Position numbers and translations under genes: made by a program. Positions 52,813 through 64,000 of a DNA stretch of 64,000 nt are shown here, one piece after another (the stretch's first letter is position 1; each line of letters starts with the position of its first letter). A model generated the notes under the pieces. That model ran no database searches, was not told where the DNA came from, and saw nothing but the letters and a program-made list of their open reading frames with translations. Source of the DNA: Ignavibacteriota bacterium (GTDB lineage Bacteria > Bacteroidota > Ignavibacteria > UBA10030); the NCBI GenBank assembly GCA_963833465.1, contig CAWHXW010000003.1:282242-346241 (forward strand), in the 5' to 3' direction.

Positions 52813-53622
52813 TTATTTTAAAAAACCTTCAACTCTATGCACTTTGCCAAGTTTATTTCCAAGGAACCGCTCGCCAATTTCCGTGAACTTGTGCGGAACA
52901 TCGCTTACAAAAAATTGCAGGTTTGGTTTTAATTTACTTGTGTTATTCAGCCTCAAATCTGAAAGCATATTCTTGACAACTGATGCAGTTGCTTCTCCAG
53001 AATCGATCAATTTGATGCTTTGGTGAAGCACTTTGCCGATGACATCCCGCAAAATTGGGTAATGAGTGCAACCAAGCACAAGCGTGTCGATTCTTTCTAG
53101 TGTCAAAGGAAAAAGATATTCTTTGGCGATCAACTCTGTTGCTTTATGTTCGATCCATCCTTCTTCAGCAAGCGGAACAAAAAGCGGACATGGTTGTCCA
53201 AATATTTTTATTTCGGAATCAATCTGGCGAATAGCATTTGTATAAGCATTGCTGAAAATAGTGCCAACTGTTCCGATAACACCGATGCGTTTGCTCTTTG
53301 TCGATTGCGCTGCAGCTTCTGCACCAGGTAGAATTACTCCGACCACCGGCACTTTTGCCCGTTTTTGCACAACATCGAGAGCAACTGCAGAAACTGTGTT
53401 GCAAGCAATAACGATTAATTTAACATTGTGTTGAAGCAGCACATCTGTGTCCTGTAAGGCGTACTCGCGCACAACCTGCCGTGATTTGGGCCCGTAAGGT
53501 ACACGCGCTGTATCGCCAAAATAAATTATATTTTCATGAGGCATGTGATGTGTCAATGCGCGCACCACAGTCATACCGCCTATCCCGGAATCAAAAACAC
53601 CAATGGGTTGTACGTTATTCAT
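52813..53622 (-). CDS. murI: Glutamate racemase
   Basis: IGVFDSGIGG and VLGCTHYP motifs. Confidence 0.85.
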   Translation of the reverse strand: MNNVQPIGVFDSGIGGMTVVRALTHHMPHENIIYFGDTARVPYGPKSRQVVREYALQDTDVLLQHNVKLIVIACNTVSAVALDVVQKRAKVPVVGVILPGAEAAAQSTKSKRIGVIGTVGTIFSNAYTNAIRQIDSEIKIFGQPCPLFVPLAEEGWIEHKATELIAKEYLFPLTLERIDTLVLGCTHYPILRDVIGKVLHQSIKLIDSGEATASVVKNMLSDLRLNNTSKLKPNLQFFVSDVPHKFTEIGERFLGNKLGKVHRVEGFLK

Positions 53623-53635
53623 AAATGTTATTGAA

Positions 53636-56269
53636 TTAGTTTTTAATAGATCCCGATTCAGATATTGTTTGAATCGTTGCGAGAATTTCTCGCTTTACTG
53701 CCTCTCGTTGAGCCGGCTTGTCCAACTTTTTTCCATCGGCGTCTAATAGATAGAACGAATCCACAATGCCGTCCACACGCGTGGCTATTTTTGCTAACGA
53801 AATATTCAGACCAAGATGTGAAATTGTTTCCGTGATACGATAGAGAAGACCGAGTGTGTCCGGTGCATAGACATCAATTATTGTGAACTTCGGATGGTCT
53901 TCAAACTCGACATCACACCGCGTATTTGGGTTATTTATACGAGTCCGACGTTTCCAGCGCGCACGATGCCGATCAATAAGATGCACGATCTCAACTCGTC
54001 CTTCTATAACTTCTATTACATCTTGGATGATTCGCGAGCAGTGGTCATCAGTGATTGCAGTATTTGATCCAAATTCCACAACACGGAATTTATCAATTAC
54101 GATTCCATCACGTCGAGTGAAAACTTCTGCATTTAAAATATTTGCATCGTTTGCACTCAGTACACCGCAGAATTTAGAAAGCACACCGGGCGAATCATGG
54201 GCAATGAATGTGACATCTGTAAAACTACTGGACTGCTGAAAAAGCACAGACACTTTTTCGGTTTGATGAATAGCTTGCAGGTGGTTTGCAATTTCTTCCG
54301 GCTTGAATGCTGCAAGATATGAAGTGCCTGAAAACTGCGAAAGATGTTCGTTGACTTCATTTGCTGGAAATGCAGAAGAAAGATTTTGAACAACGTCCGT
54401 ATGCTTTTCTTCTACAAGCTGCGCTGTTTCTTCATGTATATCTTTGCTTGTCATTTCTTTCTCTAATACTACGCGTGTTCTAAGATATAAATCTCTAAGT
54501 AAAAGTTCTTTCCATTCTGTCCAGACATTTTTATTTACAGCAGAAAGGTCTGCGTACGTGAGAACGTACAGATAATCGAGCTGTTCGATTCGGTCAAATG
54601 TTCGTGCGAAATCCATGATCGTTTGCGGGTCATTCAAATTGCGGCGGAATGCTATCTGTTCCATCAAAAGATGATGACGTATTAAGAATGAAACATCATC
54701 AATGAGATCATCGTACATAATACGTTTAAGGAATCGCCGTGCAATGGATACTCCTCTAATCTCATGTTTGCCGTCATGGGCTGGTTTTGCAATATCATGG
54801 AAAAGACATGATAGATAAAGCGTGTCTCTGCGCGATAAGGAACGAAATACGTTTCCGAAAGATGATGATGATTGTTCAAGAGATTCTGCATTAGCAAGGG
54901 CAATCAATGTATGTTCATCAGCAGTATAAAAATGATACTGATTATGCTGAAAGAACGACACAATCGGTTTCCATTCCGGTATCCATCGTTCAAGCAGCCC
55001 AAGGTCATTCATTTTGTGAAATGCGTTAGCTATTCCATTCGGCCGATGGAGAAGCAGTCTTAATAAATTTGTTTCAGTATGCGTCTTTAAAGGTTTGAGA
55101 GAAGGCAGCCGTCGATGAATAGCATCTTCCAAAACAAAAGAAAATTCTGTACGTCTTTCGCTTCTTAGCAGAAATGCATTAAGTAGAATTTCATTTGTAA
55201 CAAGCGCACCGCGTTTTGCGAGATGAATATGTCCATCGCGAAGAATAAATGTGCTGCCGATTTTTGTTGTCTTTGTTTCTGGAACTTCAATAGACCATTG
55301 GTGATTCGTCCAATCAATGATACGCAAGCAGAAGAGAGCTATTCTTTTTGAAGCAGTATAATAATCCTGCATAAAACGCTCAACCTTCGCCCGTCTTGAT
55401 TTGTTGCGATAACGAAGTCCGGAAGCAATGTGCTGTTGAAAACTAAATTCCAGAGTGTCGTGAAGAGATTTGGATTGAATATGCATTTCATTGCGCACGC
55501 GAAGCAGTGTGTCAAATGATGATTTTATTTCTTTCAAAGATGATGGCGTGAATTGCCGTTTCACAGCCTGTGAATTGAGAAGAACGAGTGTAGCAGTTTC
55601 CGATGCACTTAAATTTTTAGGAATAGGTATCGTTCCGGTACCTCGCATTAACCAGAGTGCTGTATGAATATCCCGCAGCCCGCCTGCGCTGTTTTTTATA
55701 TTAGGTTCTAAGAGTGTTGACGAATTTCCGTATTTGTTGTGCCGCATTTGCCTTGCTTCGGAAATCCGATGCACGAAAGATAACCGGTCGTCTCCCTTTA
55801 TTTTTTTTCGAATGGCTGAGGTAAATTCTTGAAATATGACTTTATTACCACAAATAAACCTTGCTTCAATGAGCGACATATGGGATTCGAAATCTTCCGC
55901 AGGAAGATTAATGCATTCATCAATGGTGCGGAAGCTGTGGCCTATGTCTAAACCAGCATCCAACAGGTTGTGGATAAATTCTTGCACAGCGGGAGTAGAA
56001 ACAGTCCGTTGATGTTCGTCTGAAACTAGAAACATAACGTCAGTGTCAGAAGAAAAACATAATTCTTTTCTTCCATACCCGCCTAATGCAACAACGGTTA
56101 AAAAGCGAACGTCACTTGCAACATGCTTATAAATAGCCTGCAGAAGATTATCGCGCTGGTGTGTCAATGCAAGAACAACGCGAATGCCGCCTGCGCCTGC
56201 GAGATGCATTCGAATAATTTCTTGCGTCCCCCTTTCGTAGTTTTTCTTTATTTGTTGAAAAGTAATCAT
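53636..56269 (-). CDS. glnD: Bifunctional [PII] uridylyltransferase/uridylyl-removing enzyme GlnD
   Basis: Nucleotidyltransferase domain (GGYGRKEL...SDTD), HD domain, two C-terminal ACT domains. 877 aa. Confidence 0.8.
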   Translation of the reverse strand: MITFQQIKKNYERGTQEIIRMHLAGAGGIRVVLALTHQRDNLLQAIYKHVASDVRFLTVVALGGYGRKELCFSSDTDVMFLVSDEHQRTVSTPAVQEFIHNLLDAGLDIGHSFRTIDECINLPAEDFESHMSLIEARFICGNKVIFQEFTSAIRKKIKGDDRLSFVHRISEARQMRHNKYGNSSTLLEPNIKNSAGGLRDIHTALWLMRGTGTIPIPKNLSASETATLVLLNSQAVKRQFTPSSLKEIKSSFDTLLRVRNEMHIQSKSLHDTLEFSFQQHIASGLRYRNKSRRAKVERFMQDYYTASKRIALFCLRIIDWTNHQWSIEVPETKTTKIGSTFILRDGHIHLAKRGALVTNEILLNAFLLRSERRTEFSFVLEDAIHRRLPSLKPLKTHTETNLLRLLLHRPNGIANAFHKMNDLGLLERWIPEWKPIVSFFQHNQYHFYTADEHTLIALANAESLEQSSSSFGNVFRSLSRRDTLYLSCLFHDIAKPAHDGKHEIRGVSIARRFLKRIMYDDLIDDVSFLIRHHLLMEQIAFRRNLNDPQTIMDFARTFDRIEQLDYLYVLTYADLSAVNKNVWTEWKELLLRDLYLRTRVVLEKEMTSKDIHEETAQLVEEKHTDVVQNLSSAFPANEVNEHLSQFSGTSYLAAFKPEEIANHLQAIHQTEKVSVLFQQSSSFTDVTFIAHDSPGVLSKFCGVLSANDANILNAEVFTRRDGIVIDKFRVVEFGSNTAITDDHCSRIIQDVIEVIEGRVEIVHLIDRHRARWKRRTRINNPNTRCDVEFEDHPKFTIIDVYAPDTLGLLYRITETISHLGLNISLAKIATRVDGIVDSFYLLDADGKKLDKPAQREAVKREILATIQTISESGSIKN

Positions 56270-56409
56270 ATAATTAATATAATCATTTTTGATATTCAGT
56301 GCGAAATATAGAAAAAAGTCTTTTCTTGAAAGTGGTTAAAATTATTGCTACTATTTTATCATATAGAATCAGCATTCTATTATGCAGCATGTAGCATGGA
56401 TTTTCCTCT

Positions 56410-57213
56410 ATGAACCTTGAACAATTCGGTGAAGAGCTGAAACAAACTCGCTTGGAGAAAAAATTATCCTTAATGGATATTTCTGCCGAGACACGCATCA
56501 GCTTAAAATTTCTCGATGCAATTGAACGAGGACAATTTCAGATTCTTCCTCAAACTTATGTGCGAGCATTTCTTAGAGAATATGCTTTCATGGTTACTCT
56601 TGATCCAAACGATATTATGCAGAGATATGAATCAGCTATGCAGGAGACATCCTCTCGAAAATTAAACATCAGTACATCTCAGCAAATTTCCCTTAAAGAA
56701 AAAACTCAAGTGGAAGATAACAAGAAAAAGCCATTTTCACCTTCGCCCCTTCAGAGAAATATTGCTTTCGGTTTTATTATTTTTGCAGCGGTTGTTTTAA
56801 TTGCCATTTTGGCAAATGTAAATAGAAGTTCGAGTTCAAGTGGTTCTGTAGAGGAAGTTTCATTCGATCGCGTAGTGCATGAAAACGAAGCCGCTCCAAT
56901 TTCGCAATCAATTATTGCCGCAGATTCTGCTCCCGCTGTCGCTACTGCAGTTCAGCCCGATAGCTTGCGATTAGAAATTACTACGCGAGACTCTGTCTGG
57001 ATAAATATTCTTATTGATGGTAAAATAGGTGAGACATATCTTTTTGGGGAAAGAAGGAAAAAAACATGGGTGGCAAAAGAACGCTTCGTTATAACTATGG
57101 GAAACGCAGGCGGTGCAACTTTTCAATTAAACGGTAAAGATATCGGTGCTCTCGGTAAACGAGGAGCAGTAGTCCGAAACGCTGTTATTTCCGAAACCAG
57201 TCTTAAAAAATGA
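56410..57213 (+). CDS. rodZ: RodZ-like cytoskeleton protein (HTH-XRE + TM + DUF4115)
   Basis: N-terminal HTH (LGEELKQTRLEKKLSLMDISAETRISLKFLDAIERG), a central TM segment, and the C-terminal DUF4115-like domain. Confidence 0.65.
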   Translation: MNLEQFGEELKQTRLEKKLSLMDISAETRISLKFLDAIERGQFQILPQTYVRAFLREYAFMVTLDPNDIMQRYESAMQETSSRKLNISTSQQISLKEKTQVEDNKKKPFSPSPLQRNIAFGFIIFAAVVLIAILANVNRSSSSSGSVEEVSFDRVVHENEAAPISQSIIAADSAPAVATAVQPDSLRLEITTRDSVWINILIDGKIGETYLFGERRKKTWVAKERFVITMGNAGGATFQLNGKDIGALGKRGAVVRNAVISETSLKK

Positions 57214-57235
57214 TTGCCGGCAAGGAAAAGCTGGT

Positions 57236-59249
<2,014 letters not shown>

Positions 59250-59284
59250 CAATTCACCATCGCCAACTAATTTATGAGGGTCTT

Positions 59285-59995
59285 ATGTCGAAATTTTCGT
59301 TCAGTTTTTTTGTGATACTGATTCTTATACTAGTCATTGCTGTTCCAGGATTTAGTCAAACCCGCGTTGGCAAACTTGGAATAGGGGCTGACGGATCAAT
59401 GCAATATATGCTTGGTGCAGGAAGCACAAATCCTTCGCCTGCAATTGGCGGAGGAGTAAATTTTAGTTATTCTGCAATGGAAGGTCTCGGATTACGGGGT
59501 GATTTTTGTTACTCGCCTATTAGTTGGAAAGGCAATAATACAGTTACCTTCTCACCTGATATGGCTTCTCTTAATCTTTATGTCGGTGCAGATTTGTTGC
59601 CAAACAGCACTTTCAACCTTTTTCCTTTCATTGGAGGGGGATTAGCAGTATTTGATCCAAGAGAAGACGACGGATCGCCTGCTATTAAAGGAGGAACGCT
59701 TACCGCTGTTGGAGGAACGCACGTCATTGTTGGTGGAGTACCTGTATCGAGTTTTGATTTACATATCATCGGTGGTCTGAGTATTGACTACTTTTTAAGC
59801 GAATTCTGGTCTGTAAGCTTAATGGGTGAATACGTACTTACGGGTTCTCCATATTATGCAGGCAGTGTTGTTGTACCTAATACAAACAATGACAGTTATT
59901 TACGGGCGAGTATACAACTTAGATATTATTTCTTCGATTCAGCTTTTATAAAAAAACTGCTTGAAGCTCAACATGCGCGATCAAAACACAGCTAA
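59285..59995 (+). CDS. Outer-membrane beta-barrel (porin/OmpA-N-like) protein
   Basis: Signal peptide, Gly/aromatic-rich alternating beta-strand pattern, C-terminal ...LRYYF. Confidence 0.55.
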   Translation: MSKFSFSFFVILILILVIAVPGFSQTRVGKLGIGADGSMQYMLGAGSTNPSPAIGGGVNFSYSAMEGLGLRGDFCYSPISWKGNNTVTFSPDMASLNLYVGADLLPNSTFNLFPFIGGGLAVFDPREDDGSPAIKGGTLTAVGGTHVIVGGVPVSSFDLHIIGGLSIDYFLSEFWSVSLMGEYVLTGSPYYAGSVVVPNTNNDSYLRASIQLRYYFFDSAFIKKLLEAQHARSKHS

Positions 59996-60019
59996 TAATA
60001 TCTGCATTGCAGAATAATC

Positions 60020-60559
60020 ATGCTGGAGGATTTTCGACTTAGAGTAGGACTTTCGTATTCACGGTTGCATTTTCGGCACAACCACGATAAGATAATGAAT
60101 TTCACGGATGCGCTTTCACGATCACGCCGTGCATTAGTTATATTTCCAGAATCCTCGCTTGAGGGTGAATCGGCTTCGATTTTTATTCGACACCTGCTTA
60201 GAAAATTTTCTTCAGAAAGAATGATGGTGGTAATTCGAGATGATCAACTTTTTGCGATGTCATCTGCACCGCCGTTAAAAACTCTGACGTATTCAATGCA
60301 GGATATTAATAAGTGGTTTGTGCCTCGCCGTGAACTGCTTCAAAGAATGGAAAATAATAAATTTGATGTTGCGTTGGATCTCAATTCAAAACTTTCTCTG
60401 ACAAGCGCGTTTCTTTGCAAAGCCTCTAATGCGCCTTTACGCATCAGTTTTGTCAAAAAGAATGGCGACCAATTTTACAATTTTCAAGTTAAAACTAAAG
60501 GGAACAGCGGCGATAAATATTCTTATCGAAGTCTTTTGAAGTGTCTCGATATGTTTTAG
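60020..60559 (+). CDS. Hypothetical protein (weak resemblance to the N-terminal half of GT9 heptosyltransferases)
   Basis: No clear motif. The start may be the internal ATG at 60095. It is adjacent to the STAS gene. Confidence 0.25.
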   Translation: MLEDFRLRVGLSYSRLHFRHNHDKIMNFTDALSRSRRALVIFPESSLEGESASIFIRHLLRKFSSERMMVVIRDDQLFAMSSAPPLKTLTYSMQDINKWFVPRRELLQRMENNKFDVALDLNSKLSLTSAFLCKASNAPLRISFVKKNGDQFYNFQVKTKGNSGDKYSYRSLLKCLDMF

Positions 60560-60580
60560 TGTTTTTAATGGAGTCTGCAT

Positions 60581-60913
60581 ATGCGTTTTGAAACCAAGAA
60601 AAAGGGAATTGCCACAATCCTCAAAGTTCAAGAACGAAAGCTCGATGCAACAACTTCACCCGAACTCAAAGGAAAATTTCTGATACTCTGCAAACCGCAA
60701 TTGAAAGAATTAGTAATAGACCTTTCTAATGTTGAGTTCTGCGATAGTACTGGCTTAAGCGCGCTGCTCATTGCCGAGCGCCAGATGCGCGAAAACAATG
60801 GCAAAGTTAAATTAGTTGGTGTTCAAAAAAAGGTACTTTCACTTCTTAAAATTTCTCACCTTGATCGGACATTCCAAATTTTTGATACTCTGGCAAAAGC
60901 AACGAAGGGGTAA
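60581..60913 (+). CDS. STAS-domain anti-sigma-factor antagonist (SpoIIAA-like)
   Basis: 110 aa. DLSNVEFCDSTGLSALL motif containing the phosphorylatable Ser. Confidence 0.75.
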   Translation: MRFETKKKGIATILKVQERKLDATTSPELKGKFLILCKPQLKELVIDLSNVEFCDSTGLSALLIAERQMRENNGKVKLVGVQKKVLSLLKISHLDRTFQIFDTLAKATKG

Positions 60914-61030
60914 TTTTTTCTTGCTTCCTATGTATAAAGGAAAGCAGATGAACAAAACTACTGACACATTCTGGTTACATTTTTTTCTGCGTAATTTTGG
61001 AATTTAGTCGGAATCATTTTAGTTTAAAAT

Positions 61031-62020
61031 TTGATATCGCACATAATTAAAAAAAGCGCTTTTCATGAAATGAAAACAACATCTCGGATAGTGAAACAAA
61101 CAGCAGAACAAAAATCCACCGTTATAAATCTTGACCGCCAAATTCGCAATTATTCAGACTTTCTTCGCCTTGAAAAAAACCTTTCATCGAACACACTTAC
61201 ATCTTATAAATTCGATTTTTCCAAATACCGTAATTTTCTTGTCACTGCCGGAGTTCAATCGGCGTCCAGCGTATCAGAAGAGCATATAAGTAAATTTTTG
61301 GCTGTACTGCACAGGAAAAACCTTTCGCCGCGAAGTATAGCACGCACACTCTCCACTATCCGTGGATTTCATCGCTTCCTTCTTGGAGAGGAGGAAGTGA
61401 GAGATGATCCGACGCAAATCATCGATTCACCGAAACAAGAAAAAATATTACCAGATGTGTTAAGCATTTTTGAAATAGATGAAATTTTGAAACAGCCAGA
61501 TATATCCAGCCGGCTTGGCGTTCGTGACCGTGCAATACTTGAAACACTCTACGCAACCGGCATTCGTGTTTCAGAATTAGTAAATCTTAAACAGTCAAAT
61601 CTTATTATTGAAGATGGATTGATTCTTGTTTATGGCAAAGGATCAAAAGAACGCTTAATCCCGATCGGACGATCAGCGAGGCAATGGATTGAAGAATACC
61701 AGAAACAGTTGCGTGTCCATCTTGCAAAAACCGGCAATACGCAGGATATTCTATTTTTAAATGTGCGCGGCACAAAATTAACGCGAGATATGATTAGAAA
61801 ACTAGTGAAAAAATATTCATTAATGGCGGGAATCGAAAAAGAAGTTCATCCACATACATTTCGTCATTCATTTGCGACACATTTGTTAGAAGGCGGCGCC
61901 GATCTCCGAGCCGTACAAGAAATGCTCGGCCATGCCGATATCTCCACAACCCAAATCTACACGCATATTGATCGCGAGTATTTAAAAGAAGTTCACCGCA
62001 CATTTCATCCGCGAGGATAA
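61031..62020 (+). CDS. xerD: Tyrosine site-specific recombinase XerD
   Basis: C-terminal catalytic region HPHTFRHSFATHLLEGGADLRAVQEMLGHADISTTQIYTH (R..HxxR..Y). The true start may be the ATG at 61070. Confidence 0.8.
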   Translation: MISHIIKKSAFHEMKTTSRIVKQTAEQKSTVINLDRQIRNYSDFLRLEKNLSSNTLTSYKFDFSKYRNFLVTAGVQSASSVSEEHISKFLAVLHRKNLSPRSIARTLSTIRGFHRFLLGEEEVRDDPTQIIDSPKQEKILPDVLSIFEIDEILKQPDISSRLGVRDRAILETLYATGIRVSELVNLKQSNLIIEDGLILVYGKGSKERLIPIGRSARQWIEEYQKQLRVHLAKTGNTQDILFLNVRGTKLTRDMIRKLVKKYSLMAGIEKEVHPHTFRHSFATHLLEGGADLRAVQEMLGHADISTTQIYTHIDREYLKEVHRTFHPRG

Positions 62021-62096
62021 GAAAAACCATGCTTTTTAAGCCGCAAAGATTATTTAAAAACACATTAAGCAATCTTTGCGTAGGTGGTGTAGTATT

Positions 62097-64000
62097 TTAC
62101 TGCATTATTTTCCCTGCGCGTAATTCCTTTACAATTCTATCGGCTTTATAGATTTGCTCCAAACCTTCAAGCAATCCTGAAGAATGGACAGCAACAGACC
62201 TATTATTTGTATCATCAAAGATAATATCTCCCGGCAGACTTTCCATATTGCCGTCAAAAATCAATCCAACAATCTCCAAGTTTTTATTAACTACAGGGCT
62301 TCCTGAGTTGCCGCCGGTGATGTCATTCGTCGAAACGAAATTCATAGGTGTGCTCATCTTAAATGTTGCCGGTGGATTAGCCCATCGCTCCGAAAGTTTC
62401 CACGGATCTTTCATGCCAAATGAGTAAAACCGATCGTACAATCCGTAGAATGTTGTAACAGGCGGAGCCATAGTGCCGTTGTATTCGTAACCTTTTATTA
62501 TACCGTCGGCAATGCGGAGTGTAAATGTAGCATCCGGCGGAATTTGCGTCCCGTAGACTTCGTACATTGCATTACCAAGCATTTGTTCACGCGCCAGAAG
62601 TTTTTCATTGATGTATTTAAATCTCTGTTGAAGTTCTTTTACATGCTTTTGTTCGGAAACAACAAATGTAATCAAAGGATCGTTTGATTTGAGAATAGCT
62701 TCCGGTTTTCCGGCAAGCAGTGTTTGTGTCTTTTCTTTCGATGCAATGAATGAATTTTTGCTCAAATCTTCTGCAACTTGCTCAGATGTTCGTCCCGCCA
62801 TCAGTTTATCAAATTCTTCGTCATTTCCTGCCAACGCACGTTCCATGATGCTCAATCGGAAAGCGAGCAGCCGTTTTTCAACTTCCGGCGTTAAATTAGA
62901 AGGGTAGAATTTTGTTCTAGTCGAATCTGCAATCGAATCCATAGACTGATTTGCTGCGTTCACAAGATCGGCTGTCAATGAAAAGTATTGGGGGAAATTA
63001 CGCCCACGAAACCTCAATGCATCATATTTCGGAAAGAGCGCTGTAAGCTCAGCTTGGTATTCCGCAATATCGCTCCATGGATCGCCTGTACTTCATTTTT
63101 AGTTCTGATTTATTAAATATAGCATTTTGAAATTTTTTTTCGAAATCTTCCTTTTTTGCCATTAATATAGGATCTTGTAGCCCGTTTAAATATCCTGTAA
63201 AAGCTTTTCGTGAATTTTCTAATCCGAAGATCGTATTAAGATATTTCAATTTAGCTTCAGGATGCATCGCAATATAAGATGAATAAATTGTTCCAACTTC
63301 CTTATTCGCTTCTACGTTTGCCGGGTAAATAACATCGCGAAGATATTTTAGCTCTGCAATCGTTTTTAAGCGGTTTGTTCTGCCGGGGTTTCCAATAACG
63401 AAAACGGCATCTCCTTCTTGTGCGCCATCCTGACTGAATCGAAAAAAGTTTGCAGTCTTCAATGGTTTACCATTATCATAAACGCGGAAAAATGCGCAAT
63501 CAAAATCATACCGAGGATAAGTAAAATTATCAGGGTCGCCGCCGAAAAATGCCATTACATCTTCCGGTGCATAAACAAGACGCACATCAACATAACGTTT
63601 ATATCCGTAAAGTGAATAACGGCCGCCGTTGTAAAACGAAATAACACTAAATATCATCGAGTCCTGTGGTGCAATTGTTTTGTATTTTGCTGCGTAGCGT
63701 TTCTGTATTTCCTGCATCTTCGCTATCCGATTTGCGACCTTGATGTTATCGGTTGTACCACTGTCAAATGCTTGCTGCACTTCTTTAGTAACATCATCAG
63801 TCACAAGCAATTGATCTATAAAGATGTTGGATGCTTTCCTTTCATCATTTAATGTGGCGGCATAGAATCCAGCTTCTGCCAACCGCTCACCTTCCCTATT
63901 CACACTATCCAATGCAGCGCGCGCGCAATGGTGATTTGTCATTACTAAACCATCTTCCGAAACGAACGATGCGGTGCAATTTGGCAAACGCAGTGTAGAT
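62097..64000 (-). CDS. S46-family serine peptidase (dipeptidyl-peptidase 7/11-like), frame shift at ~63017-63049; N-terminus beyond window end
   Basis: The N-part (63049..63987) has CTASFVSEDGLVMTNHHC (catalytic His region). The C-part (62097..63017) has the GGNSGSPV catalytic Ser. Confidence 0.75.

Noticed and set aside
61031-62020. XerD as an integrase marking a mobile element
   Set aside because: It has chromosomal XerD-type length and motifs. The flanks carry housekeeping genes (STAS protein, S46 peptidase). There are no att-like repeats, transposases or phage genes, and no compositional shift.

Overview
This is a low-GC (roughly mid-30s %) chromosomal segment from an anaerobe. Its gene content (type III glutamine synthetase, DUF2851, GxxExxY, BatA, S46 peptidase, RodZ, many sigma-54 regulators) looks like the Bacteroidota/Ignavibacteriota-Chlorobi (FCB) superphylum. 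It is core hydrogen, redox and nitrogen metabolism rather than a mobile or defence island. I found no CRISPR array, transposase, tRNA or rRNA.

Gene order, 5' to 3':
- TauE/SafE 3' end, then DUF1634, pyrF, DUF2851.
- Tandem glutamine synthetases on the minus strand: GlnN type III, then GlnA type I.
- A PAS histidine kinase plus NtrC-type sigma-54 response regulator.
- A textbook sigma-54 promoter (TGGCAC-N5-TTGC) driving a small membrane ORF, a degenerate receiver protein and a group 3b (sulfhydrogenase-type) NiFe hydrogenase operon (beta, gamma, delta, alpha, maturation protease). A stand-alone cNMP-binding protein sits between the beta and gamma genes.
- Immediately after that, hdrC-hdrB-hdrA-mvhD-mvhG-mvhA, a group 3c Mvh hydrogenase with heterodisulfide reductase (electron-bifurcating type).
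- An ICMT-family membrane methyltransferase, a C1 peptidase and a decayed GxxExxY gene remnant.
- A minus-strand hypF-hypC-hypD-[~4 kb multi-PAS transmembrane hybrid sensor kinase]-hypE maturation cluster.
- paaK-like ligase plus ACT protein, an aminotransferase, a TPR-like protein, ftcD, hutI, a DUF355-like protein, sixA, a second two-component pair (REC-HK plus sigma-54 RR), MBL hydrolase, hflX, BatA-like vWA protein, IMPase, NUDIX, MscS, pyrE, murI, glnD, rodZ, ligA, an OM beta-barrel protein, a hypothetical protein, a STAS protein, xerD and an S46 peptidase.

At least eight genes are interrupted by single-base frame shifts. Where the junction can be located, most (five: HK1, hydB, hybrid-HK C-proximal, sixA, ligA) are consistent with one extra base in a short homopolymer; the HK2 and S46 junctions were not resolved to a specific base, and the hybrid-HK junction at ~29305 has the opposite frame offset. 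I read these as assembly or sequencing indels, not pseudogenes, until checked.
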